Below are positions 58,935 to 64,000 of a stretch of 64,000 bases of DNA, in pieces. Under the pieces are notes generated by a model. It made no database searches. It was not told the origin of the DNA and saw only the letters and a list, made by a program, of their open reading frames with translations. A program made the position numbers and the translations under genes. This stretch comes from an uncultured Spirochaetota bacterium. GTDB taxonomy: Bacteria > Spirochaetota > Spirochaetia > SZUA-6 > CAVTHK01. The stretch's first letter is position 1; every line of letters begins with the position of its first letter. Location of the stretch: positions 128,001-192,000 of the forward strand of contig CAVTHK010000011.1 in assembly GCA_963734495.1 (NCBI GenBank). The letters are read 5' to 3'.

Positions 58935-59924
58935 TCAGGAGATCCTGCGGCCCACGACCGCCTGCAGCGACACCGAGAGCACGATGATCAGCCCGTAGAT
59001 GACGCTCGTCCAGAAGCCGGTCAGGCCCGCCGCGACGATGCCCGCATTGATGGCTCCGATGATGAAGGACGCCACGAACGTCCCGAACACGGTTCCGGTC
59101 CCGCCGAACACCGACGTCCCGCCCAGGAACACCGACGCGAGCGTGTTCAGAAGGTAGCCGTCGCCCAGGGTCGGCCAGAAGAAGAGGACCTCCTCGCTCA
59201 CGACGAAGCCCGCGAAGGCCGCGGCCACCCCCACCACGGCAAAGGTCAGGATCTTGGTGCCCCCGACGTTCACCCCCATCAGCCTGGCGCTCTCCACGTT
59301 GTCGCCGGTGAGATAGACGTGGGCCCCGAACTTGTGGCGGTTGAGGAAGAACCAGACGAGCACGGCAAAGCCGATCGTCCAGACGAACTGCGCGGGCACG
59401 AGGCCGCCGATTCTCCCGACCAGCGCCGGGTGGACCACCGTGGTCGTCGTCGCCGTCATGCCGAGCCCCTGCCCGTTGGTCACGACCATCACCACGCCGC
59501 GCCAGAAGAACTGCGTGCCGATGGTGGCGACGAGCGAGGGGATGCCGATCCGCACGACGATGAGGCCGTTCAGCAGGCCCGCGGCAAGACCGGCGAGGAG
59601 GCAGGCGGCGAATCCGAGCCAGACGCTGTGCGTCGCCACGTATACGACGTCGAACCCCGTCATTCCGAACGCCATCACGGAGGGAAAGGAGAGGTCGATC
59701 TCGCCCGCGATGATGACCAGGGTGAGCGGGATGGCTACGAGCGCGAAGAAAGGCGTCGTGGACATGAACGAGATGTAGATGTCCCCGGCGAGGAAGGTCC
59801 GCGGGGACCCGATGAGGAACAGGATCCATATGAAGACGGCGACGCCGACGATCCCGATCTGCAGCGGGTACCTGCGCAGGTAACGGGAGAGAGGGCTCAG
59901 CGGCTTCTCGTTCGCAGCGCTCAT
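58935..59924 (-). CDS. Monosaccharide ABC permease (RbsC-like)
   Basis: IAGEIDLS, IPSLVATIG, GDNVESARLMGV, FLGGTSVFGG. Confidence 0.92.
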   Translation of the reverse strand: MSAANEKPLSPLSRYLRRYPLQIGIVGVAVFIWILFLIGSPRTFLAGDIYISFMSTTPFFALVAIPLTLVIIAGEIDLSFPSVMAFGMTGFDVVYVATHSVWLGFAACLLAGLAAGLLNGLIVVRIGIPSLVATIGTQFFWRGVVMVVTNGQGLGMTATTTTVVHPALVGRIGGLVPAQFVWTIGFAVLVWFFLNRHKFGAHVYLTGDNVESARLMGVNVGGTKILTFAVVGVAAAFAGFVVSEEVLFFWPTLGDGYLLNTLASVFLGGTSVFGGTGTVFGTFVASFIIGAINAGIVAAGLTGFWTSVIYGLIIVLSVSLQAVVGRRIS

Positions 59925-59944
59925 GGATGTCTCCCCTCGCGCGG

Positions 59945-60745
59945 TCACGCGTTGTCGGACTTGAGACTATTGCCTTTCAGGCCATTGCCCTCAAGGCTGC
60001 CGGTCTGGGCGACCAGGTAAAGCCGGTCGATCAGCTCCTGCAGCGTGAGCTCGTTCTTCATGAACTGACCCGCGATCCTGCCCCTGTCCAGGACCACGAT
60101 CCTGTCGGCGATGGGGTAGACATGGAAGATGTTGTGATCGATGAAGATGGCCGACTTGCCGGCGTTCTTGATCCCGGCGACGAAGTCGAGGCACTTTCGC
60201 GTCTCCGTGAGCGACAGGCCCATCGTCGGCTCGTCCAGGATGATGAGCTCCGCCTTGAAGTAAAGGGCGCGTGTGATGGCGACGCCCTGCCGCTCCCCGC
60301 CGGAGAACGTCCTCACGAGGGATTCGGGCGTCACCGCGGACGACGTGAAGCCCATCACCGTGCTCATGAGCTTCTGGGTCTCCGTCTTCATCGCGCGCAT
60401 ATCCAGACGGCCCCATCGGTTGGCGAGCTCGCGGCCCATGAAGATGTTGCGCCACAGCGCCTGCTTGTCCGCGAGCGCCCGCTCCTGGTACACAACCTCG
60501 ATCCCCAGGTCGCGCGCTCTCGACACCGACAGGTGCTCGACCTTCCTGCCCTTGAGGAAGACATCGCCCCCCGCATCGGGGCTGTGGTAGCCGGTGATGA
60601 TCTTGACCAGCGTGGACTTGCCCGCGCCGTTGTCGCCCAGCAGGCCCACGATCTCGTTCGAGCCGACCTCGAAGTCCACGTCGCGCAGGGCCGCGACTTC
60701 GCCGAACGTCTTGGAGACGTTCTTCAACTGGAGAAAGAGACTCAT
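59945..60745 (-). CDS. Monosaccharide ABC transporter ATP-binding protein
   Basis: ATG 60745; GDNGAGKST, FSGGERQ, ILDEPT. Confidence 0.93.
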   Translation of the reverse strand: MSLFLQLKNVSKTFGEVAALRDVDFEVGSNEIVGLLGDNGAGKSTLVKIITGYHSPDAGGDVFLKGRKVEHLSVSRARDLGIEVVYQERALADKQALWRNIFMGRELANRWGRLDMRAMKTETQKLMSTVMGFTSSAVTPESLVRTFSGGERQGVAITRALYFKAELIILDEPTMGLSLTETRKCLDFVAGIKNAGKSAIFIDHNIFHVYPIADRIVVLDRGRIAGQFMKNELTLQELIDRLYLVAQTGSLEGNGLKGNSLKSDNA

Positions 60746-60760
60746 GTCACAACCCCGCGG

Positions 60761-60908
60761 GCACGTCGGGGGCGCGCGAGGCGTGTCAGGCGCGCCGCGC
60801 GCTCGAAGCGACTCGCGCGCGTGGGGCGCGCTGGGCGCGCCAGGCCGCCTTGGCCGTTCGGGCGCCGCGGGCGCGCCCCTGACGCCGCCCGCGCGCACTC
60901 CGACGTGC
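60761..60908. repeat. Long imperfect inverted repeat in the binding-protein/ATPase intergenic region
   Basis: Left arm GCACGTCGGGGGCGCGCGAGGCGTGTCAGGCGCGCC; reverse complement of right arm GCACGTCGGAGTGCGCGCGGGCGGCGTCAGGGGCGCGCC. Confidence 0.6.
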
Positions 60909-60931
60909 AGAGCTTCTGCGATTCCGGCCGA

Positions 60932-61957
60932 CTACCGGATGTTCTTCTCGGCCAGCGGGGCGACGAAGTCCACGTTGCTCTTGTCCACGAAGCCCGCGCC
61001 GGTGTTCACGTAGAGGCCCGAGAACCCATAGACCTTGGTGAGGCAGATCTGCAGGACCGGAAGGTAGCCCTGCAGCCACTCCTGCTGGTCGATCACCAGG
61101 CCCGTCCACCCGCCCTTGATCGCTGTGATCGTCGCGGGCGACAGGTCGAAGCCGGCGATGTTGACGTCGCCCGGCTTCTTGCTCGCGGCCTTGAGGTAGG
61201 TCTCCGCCGTCGCGGTGAGGCCGCCGTGGTCGGTGACGACCAGCTTGACCGCGGGATGGGAGGAAACGTAGCCGGCGAACGTCGGGGTCCCGGCGGCCGG
61301 GTCCTTGTTGGTAGCCGCGTCGATCTCGAGGTAGTCGACCTTGAGGCCGGCCGACTTGAGCGCGTCGATCACGCCCTTGGTGCGCTCGCCGCGCGCGGGC
61401 TGCGAGAGCAGGCCCCACACCATGGCCAGGTCCCCCGACTTGAGGCTGAATCGCTTGACCGCCTCGGCGCCGAGGTCGTGGCCCGCCTGGTAGAGGTCCG
61501 CGCCCACGTAGCCGAAGCCCTTCGCCGCGTACTTCGCCTCCGCTTTCGCGAGCTGCGTGTTCTGGCTCGTGACGATGATGCCCTTGCTCTCGGCGTCGTC
61601 GATCAGCGCGTCGAAGGCCTCGTCGCCCGGGTGACCCATCACCGCGATGCCGTCCGGCTTGGTGGCTGCCGCCTCGCGGAACTGCTGGATCATCTTCTGC
61701 GGATCCCAGTCCGACCATACGTAGTCGACCTTGCATCCCAGATCCGCTTCCGCCTGCTTGGCGCCGTTGTAGACGTTGACGGCAAAGACGCCGCCCTGGG
61801 GACCGCCCGGGAAGAACACCACGCGGACATTGGAAGCCCACCGCGCCGGTTGCTGCGCGGCCTGGCCGGCCGGCTGCTTTGCGCCGGGCGCGCACCCGAT
61901 CAACAGCGCCCCGATCAGCATCAGCAGAACGGAGACAGGAACTGCTCTTGCTCTCAC
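60932..61957 (-). CDS. Monosaccharide ABC solute-binding lipoprotein
   Basis: Lipobox LLIGC; KPDGIAV, YVGAD, AGFDLS, IDQQ..QGY. Confidence 0.92.
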   Translation of the reverse strand: MRARAVPVSVLLMLIGALLIGCAPGAKQPAGQAAQQPARWASNVRVVFFPGGPQGGVFAVNVYNGAKQAEADLGCKVDYVWSDWDPQKMIQQFREAAATKPDGIAVMGHPGDEAFDALIDDAESKGIIVTSQNTQLAKAEAKYAAKGFGYVGADLYQAGHDLGAEAVKRFSLKSGDLAMVWGLLSQPARGERTKGVIDALKSAGLKVDYLEIDAATNKDPAAGTPTFAGYVSSHPAVKLVVTDHGGLTATAETYLKAASKKPGDVNIAGFDLSPATITAIKGGWTGLVIDQQEWLQGYLPVLQICLTKVYGFSGLYVNTGAGFVDKSNVDFVAPLAEKNIR

Positions 61958-62121
61958 TGGACCCTCCTCGGACAGGTCAGCCCGCGCAGGCGCGGCCGCG
62001 CGAGGCTGTCGCTGGCTCGAGCCGAATTTTCGTCCACAGAGGCCCCGAGGTCAAGCCGTGCGGCGCCTGGCCGGATTTCCGGGTCGCCGCGCTTTTCGCC
62101 GCCTGCGTATACTCTTCGAAT

Positions 62122-63951
62122 ATGGCAGACGGGAGAACGACGGCCGTGCCGCGGGCGCGCGGCGCGCGCTGGAAGACCATCGTCACGCTTGCTTCCTATT
62201 TCTGGCCGGCCGGGCGGGTCGACCTCAAGGTCCGGCTCGTGCTTGCCCTGGCGAGCCTCGTGGCGGCCAAGGGGATCAACGTCTACGTGCCATTCCTCTA
62301 CAAGGGGATCGTCGATTCCCTCTCGGGAAAGACGGCGGTCCTCGTTCTGCCCCTGGGCATGATCGTCGCCTACGCGGCGGCGAGGCTGGTGCAGCAGATC
62401 TCAGCGGAGTTCCGCGACTTCATCTTCGTCCGCCCGGCGCAGCACGCGCAGCGCGCGATCGGGTTTGCCACGTTCCGGCACCTTCATGCGCTTTCGCTGG
62501 CCTTCCACCTCGACCGGCAGACCGGTCGCCTGTCGCGGACGATCGAGCGAGGCACCAACGCGCTCGACATGCTGGCCAGCCACATCCTCTTCAGCATCCT
62601 GCCGACGCTGCTCGAGGTGGCCCTGGTCGCCGGAGTGCTCCTGTACCGGTTCAACGCCGCGCTGGCTGCGGTCACGATCGCCACGACCGTCGCCTACGTG
62701 GCCTTCACCTTTGTCGTCACCGACTGGCGCACGAAGTTCCGGATCGAGACGAACCAGAAGGATTCCGAGGCGCACTCGCGGGCGATCGACAGCCTGCTGA
62801 ACTACGAGACCGTCAAGTATTTCGGCAACGAGGCGCACGAGCTCTCGCGCTTCGACACCGCCCTCGCCGGCTACGAGTCCGCGAGCATCAGGAGCCAGAC
62901 AAGCCTGTCGCTGCTGAACCTCGGGCAGGGCGCGATCATCGCGGTCGGGCTCGCCGCCGTCATGGCCATGGTGGCGAGCGGGGTCGTCGCGGGCAGGAAC
63001 ACGGTCGGCGACCTCGTCCTGGTCAACACCTTCCTGATCCAGCTCTACATCCCGCTCAACTTTCTCGGCTACATCTACCGCGAGGTCAAGCGCGGCCTGA
63101 TCGACATGGACGAGATGATCGCGCTGCTCGAGGTGAGCTCCGACGTCCGCGACCGTCCGGGGGCGAAGCCGCTGCCGCCCGGCCCCGGCGGGATCGAGTT
63201 CGACGGCGTGAGCTTCGGGTACAACGGGGACCGAGTCGTGCTCAGGGACGTGAGCTTCCGCGTGCCCCCCGGCCGCACGGTGGCCATCGTCGGTCCGAGC
63301 GGCGCCGGCAAGTCCACGATCTCGCGGCTGCTGTTCCGGTTCTACGACGTGACCGGGGGCTCCATCCGCATCGACGGCAGGGACATCCGGGACGTCACTC
63401 AGGCGTCCCTGCGCGCGGCGATCGGGGTCGTGCCGCAGGACACGGTGCTCTTTAACGACACCATCGGGTACAACATCGCCTACGGCCGTCCCGGCGCTGG
63501 CGAGCGGGAGATCAGGCGGGTCGCCGGGCTCGCGAAGATCCAGACGTTCGTCGAGGGGCTGCCGAAGGGCTACGACACCCCCGTCGGCGAGCGCGGCCTG
63601 AAGCTCTCGGGCGGCGAGAAGCAGAGGGTGGCGATCGCGCGCACTATCCTCAAGGACCCCGCCATCCTCCTGTTCGACGAGGCGACGTCCGCCCTGGACT
63701 CGCACACGGAGAAAGAGATCCAGGCGTCGCTCAAGGAGGTGTCGGAGAACCGTACGACGCTGATGATCGCGCACCGACTTTCGACGGTGGTCGACGCCGA
63801 CGAGATCCTCGTGCTCGACGAAGGGCGGATCGTCGAGCGGGGCACGCACGAGGAGCTGATCGCCCGGGGCGGGCCATACGCCTCGATGTGGGCGCGCCAG
63901 CAGGCCGCCCGCGAGTACCAGTCCCGGCTCGAGACGGTGCTCGACCGCTGA
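62122..63951 (+). CDS. atm1: Atm1/ABCB7-type ABC exporter (fused TMD-NBD)
   Basis: FRHLHALSLAFHLDRQTG.LSR.IERG, DSLLNYETVKYF, PLNFLG..YRE, GPSGAGKST, LSGGEKQR. Confidence 0.9.
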   Translation: MADGRTTAVPRARGARWKTIVTLASYFWPAGRVDLKVRLVLALASLVAAKGINVYVPFLYKGIVDSLSGKTAVLVLPLGMIVAYAAARLVQQISAEFRDFIFVRPAQHAQRAIGFATFRHLHALSLAFHLDRQTGRLSRTIERGTNALDMLASHILFSILPTLLEVALVAGVLLYRFNAALAAVTIATTVAYVAFTFVVTDWRTKFRIETNQKDSEAHSRAIDSLLNYETVKYFGNEAHELSRFDTALAGYESASIRSQTSLSLLNLGQGAIIAVGLAAVMAMVASGVVAGRNTVGDLVLVNTFLIQLYIPLNFLGYIYREVKRGLIDMDEMIALLEVSSDVRDRPGAKPLPPGPGGIEFDGVSFGYNGDRVVLRDVSFRVPPGRTVAIVGPSGAGKSTISRLLFRFYDVTGGSIRIDGRDIRDVTQASLRAAIGVVPQDTVLFNDTIGYNIAYGRPGAGEREIRRVAGLAKIQTFVEGLPKGYDTPVGERGLKLSGGEKQRVAIARTILKDPAILLFDEATSALDSHTEKEIQASLKEVSENRTTLMIAHRLSTVVDADEILVLDEGRIVERGTHEELIARGGPYASMWARQQAAREYQSRLETVLDR

Positions 63952-64000
63952 GGTCGCCGAGCGGCGGCAGCGCGGGGCCGGCAGCCGCGGCGCTACTGCC

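Overview
A high-GC bacterial window with about 50 protein genes and no rRNA, tRNA, CRISPR array or transposase that I can see. It is probably from a spirochaete-like organism, inferred only from solute-binding protein N-termini such as AGKQE/AGGQGE and from the HEAT/TPR proteins. From left to right: (1) a surface-protein operon (transglutaminase-like/TPR protein, a 1513-aa Ig-repeat protein with an 894-bp near-exact tandem duplication, and an FN3/LVIVD lipoprotein); (2) an AraC-type locus with an oligosaccharide lyase and ABC importer that share an upstream motif; (3) a sugar ABC importer operon with two ADP-ribosylglycohydrolase paralogues and oxidoreductases, next to uxuA; (4) a five-gene operon with cstA, two paralogous small helical proteins (one fused to a thioredoxin-like domain) and two cysteine-free ArsA/Get3-family ATPases with complementary degenerate switch motifs, which is the best candidate here for an uncharacterised system; (5) a roughly 20-kb Wzx/Wzy polysaccharide locus with a half-length TolC-like protein where Wza normally sits and a nucleotidyltransferase/TMK-like/phosphotransferase fusion; (6) a monosaccharide ABC importer and an Atm1-type exporter. 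Many genes are broken by small indels, especially at 23-27 kb and 40-52 kb, most likely long-read consensus errors. All family calls come from motif recognition by eye; no database search was run.
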